From positions 478,953-498,952 of the forward strand of contig NW_008246075.1 of assembly GCF_000281045.1 (NCBI RefSeq): a DNA stretch of 20,000 nt. Direction: 5' to 3'. This DNA is from Saprolegnia diclina VS20. Taxonomy: Eukaryota. A program made the translations under genes and the position numbers. Under the pieces are notes generated by a model. It searched no databases, had not been told where the DNA came from, and worked only from the letters and a program-made list of their open reading frames with translations. Position 1 is the stretch's first letter; the number at the start of each line of letters is the position of its first letter. This document shows, one piece after another, positions 9,615-20,000 of the stretch.

Positions 9615-10310
9615 TTAGACTTTGGCCCGCAAGGCGAAATCAGCCGCGTCCAGCGACGCGAGGTCCATGAGCGTCATCATGCTCTGGTACATCGGGTCGC
9701 GGGCGGCAATGCTGTACGTGGCAAACTCGGTCTCTTGAAAGGCGTTGACAAAGGGCGTGTTGCCTGAGAGGAGCGCGATCGCTGCGTCCATGCGAAACCA
9801 CGAGATCGACCGGACCTCGGGCGAGAGGCCGTGCTTGGCCTCGTTCTCCATGGCCCAATAGTCGCCGGTCGACAGCGCCAGCGCAAACGCGTCACGCTTT
9901 GCCGCGAGGTTGGCGTTGATCTCGTCCACCAGCGTGTCGCGCTGCAGCCACGTATTCTCATTCGCGAGCGCCGCAAAGTTGTGCATGCGGTACCGACGCC
10001 CCTTGACGATGCGCGTCTCCTTCGTGCTCACCCAATGCAGGCGCGCCGTCTCGGGCACTTGGATACCAAGCAGCTCTTCGCGCAGCTCCCGCAGCGCCGT
10101 CGCTCGAAGGCTCTCGTCGCTCATGTCCTTTTGGCCGCCGGGAAACTTCCACTCGCCTGGGTACCGCATGAGAATAGTATTTGTACGCGTGGACCGCAGC
10201 CAGTTCTTGACCTCGCTCTGCGCGAGGAGCACGTCCCACTTGTTGCTGGCGTCGGCAGTCGTTGATGGCCGAAGACACACGACGGTCGCTGCGTCCACGA
10301 GCTGCACCAT
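9615..10310 (-). CDS. Nudix hydrolase family protein, 231 aa
   Basis: PGEWKFPGGQKDMSDESLRATALRELREELLG is a Nudix box. N-terminal strands DAATVVCLR and DVLLAQ fit the fold. Codon usage is GC3-rich. Confidence 0.9.
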   Translation of the reverse strand: MVQLVDAATVVCLRPSTTADASNKWDVLLAQSEVKNWLRSTRTNTILMRYPGEWKFPGGQKDMSDESLRATALRELREELLGIQVPETARLHWVSTKETRIVKGRRYRMHNFAALANENTWLQRDTLVDEINANLAAKRDAFALALSTGDYWAMENEAKHGLSPEVRSISWFRMDAAIALLSGNTPFVNAFQETEFATYSIAARDPMYQSMMTLMDLASLDAADFALRAKV

Positions 10311-11100
10311 CGTTCGGTGTTGATCGCCACCGGCGGCCAGGAATAGTGTGACTTAGTGCTGAATAGTGTAGGATTTTAGACCGTCGCTCAATCACAGAAG
10401 TGCGAAATTCCTTCTCGACAACCGTCCACTCTTTCCGCCGCGCTTCGTGCCGCTAACCCAACGACGTTTGGCCGAGTGGTGATCCCCATTTTTTATACTA
10501 CCAAGTCGCTCTATCTTCTGACGGCGTTGTAGAAAAGCCATGCGCCTTCTTGGCCATGGGGCAGTGCGCTGCTGCGAGCTCCTCGTTGCTGCAATGTCGG
10601 CCCAGGTATCGAAGTCCTTCAACATAGTACATGCCAGGTCTGTAGCTCGCTCGCACAGCACGTGCTTGTCCTCATTAACCTGGTCAAGGGTTGACCCATG
10701 ACCTGGTACTGTACCGAGTGTTTCAGCCGATATGAGCGCCCGATCCAGCCCCTCATTGGTGCACGCGATTTCAATGTCGCCCCCGATTGGTCATTTTTAC
10801 GTCGAAACCCTTCACAGTGCATGCCTTCAAAGATACATTGCTGGAGGTTGGCGGGTCAATCCTTCGACCACCCCAAAGTCGATGAAGATACATGTAGGAG
10901 CCACCGTGGCAGAGACTCTGCGAAATAACAGCCCCACCGATTCTCGATTCTCGTAGACAAATAGGCAAGTAGCGCTGCCTTCGGGCTTGCGACCCACTAG
11001 TGTATGCATGCATGTCACTCCTTGCCGTGCGAGAGAGAGCGTACTCAATATAACATTATATCACGTATGCACACCATTTTATGTAATAATGCGTGCGTGG

Positions 11101-11217
11101 GATTGGCTGTTACGGTGCGAAAGATCAATTATCGGCGAATCAAACGCGGGCTTGCGGCCGTCCAAAATTTGATTGGCTGCGCCGGAAACCAGTCAAGCGA
11201 GAGGCAATTTCATTTCG
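11101..11217 (+). promoter_or_regulatory. Promoter of the DUF2039 gene: two reverse CCAAT boxes and an Inr
   Basis: GATTGGCTG at 11101-11109 and 11171-11179; TCATTTCG at 11210-11217, 20 nt before the ATG at 11230. Confidence 0.55.
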
Positions 11218-11229
11218 AGAGACTGCGTC

Positions 11230-11819
11230 ATGAGCTCGCAGCGCGGCAACGTCAAGAAGGGTGCGCCCAAGCACCAGAACTCGTTCGCGTTCAAGCACAA
11301 CCCGAAGAGTAAGAAGACGGAGCACATCCTCGGCCTCCCGATCCACGGCCTCTGCCCGCACTGCCACGACCAGATTGTCTGGCGCAAGAAGTACCGCAAG
11401 TACCGCCCGCTTACGCAGCCCGGCAACTGGTAGGCCTCACCATCTTGCTCGCTGTTGTCGCTCATGCATCCTGTAGTACCGAGTGCCGCCAGAAGACCGT
11501 CACGGCCGCGTACCACACGCTGTGCCAGCCGTGCGCCAAGGCCAAGGGCGTCTGCGCCAAGTGCTGCAAGGCCGACGAGCTGGTTTTGAGCGAGAAGCAG
11601 TTGGCCGACCAGCGCAAGGAAGACGAGAAGGAGTTTGAAGAGTCGCTTGATGGCATGAAGGAGCGCGAGCGCCGAAAGGTCCTGCGCGAGAAGAAGAAGC
11701 AGGAGGAAGAGGAGAAGGCGGCCGCCAAGGCGGCGCGCCGCCTCGCTCTCGGCCTCGACCCGATCGACCCGAACGACGACGACGACTTGGACGACATGAG
11801 CGATTACCTCTCCGACTAA
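11230..11819 (+). CDS. C9orf85: C9orf85-like (DUF2039) Cys-rich conserved eukaryotic protein, 180 aa, 2 exons
   Basis: Exons 11230-11429 and 11477-11819; GT-AG intron 11430-11476, whose removal restores a Cys codon. MSSQRGNV..KHQNSFAFKHN..GLCPHCHDQIVWRKKYRKYRPL..CTECRQKTV..AYHTLCQPCA..VCAKC matches the family as I recall it. Charged coiled-coil and acidic tail. Confidence 0.92.
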
Positions 11820-12360
11820 GATCGTAGTGCGGATGACGCCACTTTACTAACCTACACAAACATTTTGCTAAAGTCCTTGGTCCGATGTCGTTGGACTTGG
11901 CCGGCGTCGTCCCGACGTTAGTGACAACGTCCTGTATAGCACCGTGACGCCAACCAGCAGCAGGAGTAGCGGTATCGGTCCGTCACGGAGCGCGCTCCGT
12001 CCGCGGTACTGGAAGCAAGAGGACCCTTGAGCTTATTCCTGCAGGAAATAAGTTCAGCTACCCGCGAATTGTTACCTAATTCATGCCTGATGCTCCACCT
12101 CGTTCGGGCCCACAGTCGTATTTAATCCATATAATAAAATAAATACGGATGCATTTGTATGAAGATCCAGCACATTCTTTTTTCAAGCAATTTAATTTGA
12201 TAATAAAAACGCACCTGAAGCAGTTGAAGGTAAATTATTTCACGCCAGTTCGTCGAAAGCATACAAACATCAAGTACCGCGCACCGCACACGACAATAAA
12301 ATAAGCTGGCAACCCACCTGTACCCAGACGCAGCGACGTATTGCGGCTTGGCGCTTTAGC

Positions 12361-15300
12361 ATGACCGACCTCATCGGGCCGGAGCGCATGGCCAAGACCC
12401 GAAGCAGTTCCTCGGACGACGACGGCTCGGAGCCCATGACGCCGCCGAGCGACGCCAAGGGCGAGAGCTCCTCGACCGCCGAGTACCAGCTGGACCTCGA
12501 GCTCGGGACACCGACAACACCGCCGCCACCTTCGACGCGCGCGGCCTCGGCCGAGTCGGACTCGCGCACCGAGCTCTCGGCCAGTACGCCCATGGAGACC
12601 GACGGCAACGAGGCCCGCGATGCGATCTCGTTCCATATTGAGAGCACGCGCATCGTGAAGAAGCAGCTCCTGCCGTCCTGCCTCTTCCGCGCGGCCGTCC
12701 ACGTCGGGCGGCGTGCCTCCTGGCACATTCACTTTGGTCAGAAGGAGCTTCTGCGGCTCCATGCGTGCATGACAATCTACCTCCTCTGGAAGAAGCGCAC
12801 GTTTGTACATTTGCCGCTGACGCTCCTCATGGAGAAGCGGGCGGCATCGCGCGCGCTCGACAAGGACGTGATCGAAGGCTACATCCAGCGCTTGCTGGCG
12901 ATTCCCGAAGCGCTGCAGTGCGAAATGTTTCTGAGCTTTCTCGAGATGAGTCCGCTGCGATTACAAGGCAACTTGCGCTGGAAGTCGATGAAGGAAGGCT
13001 ACGTGCACATGAAGATCAACGGCGCCGAGCAGATTCCGTTCCAGAAATTCTGCTCCCGCCGGCTCGAGAAGGTCTACCGGCACTCGTACCGCATCCTCCT
13101 CCGCATCGCGTTTGTCTCGTGCGTCCTCTTCATCATCTGGCCCGTCCTCCTCTTCCTCATCGTCGCCTTCCAGAACGACGACCTCCTCGCGACGATGCAA
13201 AATGGCATCAACGACTTCTTTGGCCACGCCGGCCTCCCGCTTTGGTTTGTGATTGCGCTCGTGCTCGGGCTCCTCGCGTTTGGCGTCGGCTTTATCTACA
13301 AGTACTTTGAGCGGCGCCTCGGGACCGTCCGGCGCTGGGCCGTGCTCAAACCCACGTGCATTGCGTTCTACAAGAGCCGCGCCGACCTCGAGGCGAGCGA
13401 GGTCTTCATCTTTGACACGCGCTTCAAGGCGGTCGAGGGCAACTACCGCCAAGGCACGTCTTGGATGGCCAACGGCCTCACGGTGCGCAACAAGGGCGGG
13501 TACGTCGAGGTCGACTGCGGTCACTACTACACGCGCATTCTCTCGGTGCTCGCGCTCGCCCTCGCGTTTCTCAGCGTCATTGCGATCTCACAGTCGGGGT
13601 TTGACTTTAAACCGATTGCATACACCGAGACGCCGGCCGACCCGATGACGTTCAACTCGACGATCTGCGGGTTTGCGTTCAAGACCAACACGAGCTACTT
13701 TGAGCGCAACTTGGGCATGAGCGGCAACATTTACCGCTTCCGCGTCGAAGAAAGCACCCACAGCACCCCCCAGCTCGTCAGCAACAAGGCCTTTACGATC
13801 GACGAAGGTACACCAGATGCACACGCATATTAAATTACTCAACCTTCCATGCGCGTAGGTCTGCAAGGCGCCAAGCTCGGGCCCCAATGGCTCGGCAACT
13901 ACGAGTCAAAGCACAAATACGTGGGCATTTTCAAAAAGTACGACCCTAACGTCGACGTCTTGCGAGCTGTGACGAGCATGTCGCTGCCGCCGTTTCCAGG
14001 CACGCGCTTTGTGGGCCTCCACAGCACGTCCAGTATCGACGGCGACAACGTGCTCATCTCGTTCTCCAACACGACGTGCGTCATGCCGATCGAATTCTCC
14101 AATGTGACGGCCGCCACGATCGGGTACGTTGTCGCGTCTCTCCTGCTTGGGAGTGTGATTGCGTCGACGGTCGGCATCTTTTGCAACTACATCATCTCGT
14201 ACCTCGGTATCTGGCACGCCCACGTGCGTCGTGACATTTGGCTCTCGCTCCTCCGCGATCTGCCGATGCGGCCCAAGAACCACCGGTATCTCTCGTTTGC
14301 GCCCCAGCGCTCGGAAGGTACACTTGATACGCTGATACTTAATACGATCATGCAATGTATTAGGGTTTGTCAAGTGGCACGTCGACGGCGAAGACACATA
14401 CGAAGCCATGATGCACGCGATCTTGAATGCGACGACGCAGATTTTAATTGCTGGCTGGTGGGTCTGCCCCGACTTGCTACTGCAACGGCCCAAGCCCGGT
14501 CGCGAAGGCCCCGGTCCGAGCCTCAAGGACCTCTTGCTGCAAAAGGCCGAGGCCGGCGTCATGATCCACGTGCTCATCTACCGCGAGGTGCGCGTCGCGA
14601 TGGACCTCGGGTCGTACTACGCGATGAAGTCGCTCATGCGCCACCGCAACGTCCGTGTACTCCGCGACCCGGACTTTCAGGTGCAGTTTCTCGGCTTCTG
14701 GAGCCACCACGAGAAGATTGTGTGCGTCGACACCACGACTGCGTTTGTCGGCGGCCTCGACTTGGCGTTTGGCCGGTTTGACACGTCGGCGCACGTGCTC
14801 TCGGACCCGGGGCCGCCCGAGTGCCAGCGCTGGCCCGGCAAAGACTACTCGAACCCGATCATCAAGGACTTTGTGCACGTCGACCGGCCGTTCGAAGACC
14901 TCGTGGACCGCGAGTCGGTGCCGCGCATGCCGTGGCACGACGTGCACTGCTCGCTCCAAGGCGAAGCCGTCCTCGACGTCGCGTTGCACTTCATTGAGCG
15001 CTGGAACTTTGTGTGCGCCAAGAAGGACAGTGCGCTCCGCACCGACTGGTGCGTCTGCTTTCGCACGCGCCGGTTCAAGTTTTTACCCAAAAGCATCGTA
15101 CCGCTCGACGCGCCGGCGTCACCACCGAAAGGCGCGGACGCGTACCAACCGTGTGCGCTGCAGGTGCTGCGGTCTGTGTCGCAGTGGTCGGCGGGTGTCC
15201 CGACCGAGGCCAGTATCCACACGGCGTACTGCGAGACGATCCGCGCCGCGCAGCACTACGTGTACCTCGAGAACCAGTTCTTTATCTCGGGACTCCAAGG

Positions 15301-16993
15301 CAACACGATGGTGCTGAACCGCATTGTCCAAGCGCTCGTGGACCGCATTGCGCTGGCGGTCGCGCACAACCAAGTGTTTCGCGTCTACGTGGTCATGCCG
15401 CTGCTGCCGGCGCTCGAAGGCAACATCCAGAGCAAGCAGTCGCTGACGCACTTGCACGCGATCATGCACTGGCAGTACGAGACGATTCGGACGTCGCTCA
15501 TGGATGCGCTCATCCACATCACGCCCGTGCCGCACGAGTACGTCATGTTCTTTGGCCTGCGCACGACTGGTGTCATGCCCAACGGCCGGCTCGTGACGGA
15601 GCAGATCTACATTCACTCGAAAGTGCTGATCGCAGACGACCGCGTCGTCGTCATGGGCAGCGCCAACATCAACGACCGCAGCATGAACGGCGACCGCGAC
15701 TCGGAGATTGCGATCGTCATGGAAGACACGACGTTTTCGCTCGGCCGAATGAACGACGAGCCGTACCGGCAAGGGACGCTCGCGACGACACTCCGGCAGC
15801 AGCTCTTTCGGGAGCACCTCGGGCTCTCGCCGACCGACAACTCGATGCTGGACCCAGCGTGCGCCTTCACGTGGCAGTTTATCCAGCGGCGCGCCCAAGC
15901 CAACACGCGCGTGTTTGAAAATGTGTTTCACTGCGCACCATCGGACGAACTGCGGTCGTTCAGCGCATTCGAAGGGGCGTGGACGCAGCTCGATGCGGTC
16001 TTTGAGAACCAGCGGCTCAACCCGCTCCGGGGCCGGCACGCGTGGGACGCCCAGAACCTCAAGCCCGACGACTATGCGCCGTGGACCGACATCAACGGCG
16101 TACCCGTGCCCCTCGAGAAGATCCAGCTCTCCGAGTTTACGCTCGTGAGCGACCACAGCTTCCCAATGCTCTCAGACGACGACGACAAGTGGTACTACGC
16201 GCGCAATTTCAAAATCTTTCAGGACATGCGCCTCGTGCCGGCCCACGCAGTCCGGCGCCGCGACAAGCTCCAGCACTTTATGGCCGACCGAATCCTTGCG
16301 CAAGTCCGCCGACGCAAGTACGTTCGGACGTCGGCGCTGCTCTTGCACGACGACGACTGCGCGGTTCTGCACTCGTCGCGGTCGCTCGCAGAGGACGACG
16401 AGACGACGTTCTATGGCAAGTGGCGGCAGTGGACCAAAGCGCCCAGTTGGACCCACCGCGGCCGCAAGTCGACAATGGATCAGGCCGACGACGCGGTGTT
16501 GCAGACGACCGACACGGACGTGGCGATGGCGACGATCCCGGCGCGCCACAGCGAGAGCGACGTGCCGTGGTCGGACCACCCGAAGAAGATCCTTCGACGC
16601 TCCGAGACGGACTTTGCCCGCAAGGCGAGCAGCCTCTTCCTCCCGTTTTTGCACAAGGGCGAGTCGTCGTCGTCGCACCACCATGGGTACCATGACGACG
16701 ACGCGATGGAAATGCGCCCGGCGCGGTCGTGGCTGCCGTTCTTGCACCCGAGCGAGAGCGTCGACGACGGTAGCCAGCTCCTACTGCAGTCGCCGTCGAT
16801 CTCGGTGCAGTCGGAGCCGGCCGAAGCGCAACTCGGGAACGTCCAAACCAACGCCAGCGTGCCCGTCACCGAGGAGATGCACGCGAAGTTCCAGCTCTCG
16901 GCGATCCAGGGCCATCTCGTCGTCTTCCCGCTCGAGTTTCTCGTCGATGAGAAGCTCCGGCCACCCATCTTGCCGCCGTACCTCCATATTTAA
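12361..16993 (+). CDS. PLD: Transmembrane phospholipase D (oomycete PXTM-PLD type), about 1511 aa, 3 exons
   Basis: Exons 12361-13807, 13859-14317, 14364-16993; phase-1 GT-AG introns 13808-13858 and 14318-14363. PX-like end IEGYIQRLL..FLSFLEMS; SFAPQR..VKWHVDGEDTYEAM; IAGWWVCPDL; HKD1 WSHHEKIVCVD..FVGGLDLAFGRFD; WPGKDYSN; PRMPWHDVH; YLENQFF; HKD2 IYIHSKVLIADD..GSANINDRSMNGDRDSE; C-terminal IQGHLVVFPLEFL. Four hydrophobic helices in the N-terminal half. Confidence 0.96.
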
Positions 16994-17109
16994 GCCGGTC
17001 ATGGACGATGATCTTGTTGTTGCAAGTACGTCGATGTTGACGCAAAAGTACATAGTGGTCGTCGTTGTGGCATAAGATAAGGGAGCATCATAAATAGGGA
17101 CAAAAGCGC

Positions 17110-17517
17110 TCAGAGGAACGCGCGCTGGACGCTGCGCTTGACGGTCTTCTTGGTCGACGCCTTGCCGGCCTTGCGCTTCTTGATAGTCTTCTTGATACAG
17201 GACGGGCGGTGCTTGGCAGCGCCTCGGCGCGGCGAGAGCAAGTTGAAGGCCTCGAGGTACATGCTGAGGCCCATCGTCGGCTCGTCCTCGCTCGTACAGT
17301 CGCTTGTCGAGAGCATCTCGAGCGTCGTATGCGGGCAGTACATGGCGAGCCCGCTCGTCGACGTGAGGTACGCCGTCGGGATGTACACGTCGCAGGCCTC
17401 GTCGTCGCTCCATGTCGGGTCGAGGCTTGTCGGCGCTTGGTCGTCCATGGCGTACAGCCGCATGCGCTCCTCGATGAGCGTCGGGACCATGCAGTCGACC
17501 TCGTTGAGCTGGAGCAT
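17110..17517 (-). CDS. Hypothetical protein, 135 aa, acidic N-half and Lys-rich C-terminus
   Basis: ATG at 17517 and TGA at 17110-17112; coding-like C/G third positions. Strong Inr/FPR CCATTTCCCGATTT directly upstream on the minus strand. Confidence 0.7.
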   Translation of the reverse strand: MLQLNEVDCMVPTLIEERMRLYAMDDQAPTSLDPTWSDDEACDVYIPTAYLTSTSGLAMYCPHTTLEMLSTSDCTSEDEPTMGLSMYLEAFNLLSPRRGAAKHRPSCIKKTIKKRKAGKASTKKTVKRSVQRAFL

Positions 17518-17536
17518 GATGCTGGTCGGAAGGTGG

Positions 17537-17772
17537 AAATCGGGAAATGGACCAGGCGACGTCACGGCATTGCCAACGCAGTGCAATCTTCCAGCGAGAT
17601 CGGCCGCTGATTGGCTGCATTTTTGGCCACTTGACGGACCAATCCCCGCGCAGTGTCGATGGAAACCTACCTCAGGATCTACAGCGTTGGGATCGCGTGA
17701 TGCATGAGCTTCTATGAAGCGGCAAGGGCTGGATCTATGGAAGACTCTGATGCTGCTTGACCATTGACGTCA
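17537..17772 (-). promoter_or_regulatory. Promoter of the 135-aa orphan gene: Inr/FPR, CCAAT boxes, CRE-like palindrome
   Basis: CCATTTCCCGATTT (minus strand, 17550-17537); CTGATTGGCTG 17607-17617; GACCAATC 17637-17644; TGACGTCA 17765-17772. Confidence 0.55.
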
Positions 17773-18364
17773 GCAGCGAGAAGCGAGAAGGTACCGCTCC
17801 ATGCGGCGACCCTTCACCGCCAAGTCAACAAAGAAGGACGTGCGACAAACCACGGTGCTTCTTCAAGGTAGCACCGAGTAGCACTTGTGGTGCGCTTGCC
17901 ATTTCCTTTGAATTGGTGTGACGATCGTGTGCCTCATACAGCGTCATCGCCAAGCTGGACATGCGCGCAATGATTCAAAGTCAAGGTAATAGCAACTTGC
18001 AGTTCACTTGGCACAGTGGTGATGGCAGCATTGGTAGCCGATAAACATACTGTGGTGCCTGAACTACTAACGTTAAATTTCCTTCAACCGGTGAGTCTTC
18101 GCGCCAATCCACGCTGCACATCACCATCAACAATGAAATTTCCCATTGAACTTTCACAAACCTCTACACAATTGTACTCCTGAAGTACACACAGGTGTCA
18201 GGAGATCCCGAGCACTGGTGGACTACTTGAGACTGAACCGAGACAAAGAGACTGCTTCCGTCACGTGCCACCGACGTCGTTCGTATTATTTTTCCAATGT
18301 TCCAAGATCGACCCAAGCGGCGCCATCGTCACGCACTCACAACGCCATTTCGGTCGCTGGCGCA

Positions 18365-19725
18365 ATGGACGCTCTCTTGTCGCAGGATGTTGCGTTGCTC
18401 GTGTTTGCGTTCTTGGCGCCCGCGGACCTCCTCGTTGTCGAACGCACCTGCGTCCGGTTTCGCGACTGGGCGCCGCACGATGTCCACTGGTGGCGTGCCT
18501 ATGCTGCCACGTACCCGCGCTCGTACCTTCGGCCAAGCGAATCTGCGCCATCGTGGCGCCACGTGTACGTGACAAAGCGCGAGCTGCTGCGCGCGTGGCG
18601 GGTCGGCGTCCCCCGTCAAATCGCGTCGTTTAGTGCGCATAGCGACGGCGTCAACGCGATCGCGGCCCAGAAAACGCACGGACCCTCGAGCAACCTCTAC
18701 GCCACGTGCGCCTTTGACCGGCTCGTCAAAGTCTGGCGCAAACCAATGTCATCGAAAGGCACCGATCCCATGAGCCCGCTCATGACCTTGGCCGGACACC
18801 AGGTACCGGCCCACCTTCCTTCACAATGTCACCGTCGAAGTATGCATTAGCACGCTGTTTGGTCGCTCGCGTGGTCGCCGCACCCGAACGAGCTCTTCAG
18901 TGCGTCGTTCGACAGCACGGTTCGCTGCTGGGATGTCGAGACGGGCCAGAACGTCCGCGTCCTCGAGGCCGACGCCGATAGGCTCTTGAGCATGACGATT
19001 GAAGCGTCGACAGTGTGGACCGGGTCGCTCAAAGGGGAGCTGCTGCAGTGGACACGAGCGACACCGAATGCCATCGCCCACCGTGTCCAGTGCACGACGC
19101 CGTGCATTTCAGCGATGGCCAAGCAAGGCCATCGGCTGTACATCGGTGGCGTCAAGGTGCGATGACAGCCCCCTTTTATGATGCAAGAAGGCGAAATACC
19201 ACACTAGGATATCGAGGTGTGGGACGAGCGGCGCCTTCAAACCCCAATGGCGCTTCTCGTCGGTCACGACCAAGCGATCATGGACGTGGCACTGCTCACC
19301 GACGTAAGGAATTAGGAGTCGGTCACGGTCTCATGCCCGAGAATAGGACCTTGTCATCACGGCCAGCAAGGATAGCTCGCTCAAAATCTGGGATGCATCT
19401 GGGGCCCACCACCAACCCCTCTTTGATTTCCCCAACGCGCATACGACCGCGGTCCGATCGATCGCGGTAGGAAAACCTCTGTATTCCAATGCGGCGTATC
19501 TATGCTTTTTGACAGGTCGGCGACCACAGCGTTGCCACGTCATCGAACGATTCGACGGTGGCGCTGTGGCAGTTTGGGCCCAAGACGGGGTTGGTGAAGC
19601 GAGAGACGTTGCACGTGCACACGAAGCAAGTGCCGTCCGTCGATGTCGACGAACGCTCCTTGTATACGGCGTCCTGCGACAGCAGCGTCACGATCCACGA
19701 CTTGGTCGTCGCGCCCGTCGCTTAA
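18365..19725 (+). CDS. F-box/WD40-repeat protein, about 389 aa, 5 exons
   Basis: Exons 18365-18802, 18851-19156, 19208-19303, 19347-19466, 19516-19725; four phase-0 GT-AG introns of 48, 51, 43 and 49 nt. F-box LSQDVALLVFAFLAPADLLVVERTCVRFRDW. WD40 repeats AHSDGVNAI..TCAFDRLVKVW, GHQHAVWSLAW..SASFDSTVRCWD, GHDQAIMDV..TASKDSSLKIWD, AHTTAVRSI..SSNDSTVALW, HTKQVPSV..TASCDSSVTIHD. Exons 2-5 are missed by the ORF track. Confidence 0.92.
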
Positions 19726-20000
19726 GTCTTCAAGTCTTAAGTTTCGCACATGCATGGCCCACTGCTCTCTTCCGTTGGCGCACGTCTTTCGATAGTACAG
19801 TGCTAGACGCATCGCAGCATACCTTACGCAGTACCATCGCGAGATGACCGGAACTATGTGGTATGTATTGGGACTCGTGGGATTGACCCGTCGGGTCCAG
19901 CGCAGGGATCCTCGTCGTAGTTTTGCCAGGGATAAAGTAAGGAATTATGGGCAGCCGGATCTGGTCCCGGTACTCACCCTGTGACCCGCTACTCGACGTC

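Noticed and set aside
10392..11048. Several short ORFs between the Nudix and DUF2039 genes
   Set aside because: No consistent frame, splice model or motif; possibly a relic but unsupported.
19860..20000. GACCCG-T-CGGGTC hairpin and repeated GACCCG near the window end, suggestive of a DNA-transposon subterminus
   Set aside because: Too short and truncated by the window edge; no terminal inverted repeat or target-site duplication identifiable.

Overview
Eukaryotic, gene-dense DNA that looks oomycete (Saprolegniales-like, by inference from GC3-rich codons, 43-53 nt GT-AG introns, TCATTYY-type Inr/FPR promoters and oomycete-type gene families). In order: transaldolase (+); a 3-exon polycystin-2/TRPP channel fused to two C-terminal ryanodine-receptor (RyR) repeats (PKDRR type, +); an (ATCT)n microsatellite next to a 5'-truncated, frameshifted L1/Tx1-like LINE remnant; two tandem paralogous two-TM proteins with a 10-Cys loop (+); a Nudix hydrolase (-); a C9orf85/DUF2039 gene (+, 2 exons); a 3-exon transmembrane phospholipase D (PXTM-PLD type, +); a small orphan acidic/basic protein (-); and a 5-exon F-box/WD40 gene (+). 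The strongest leads are in the PLD: a dysferlin (DysF)-like domain after HKD2, and a PH domain split by two transmembrane hairpins. The TRPP-RyR fusion and the uncharacterised Cys-rich pair are also notable. All homology calls come from motif recognition by eye; no searches were run.
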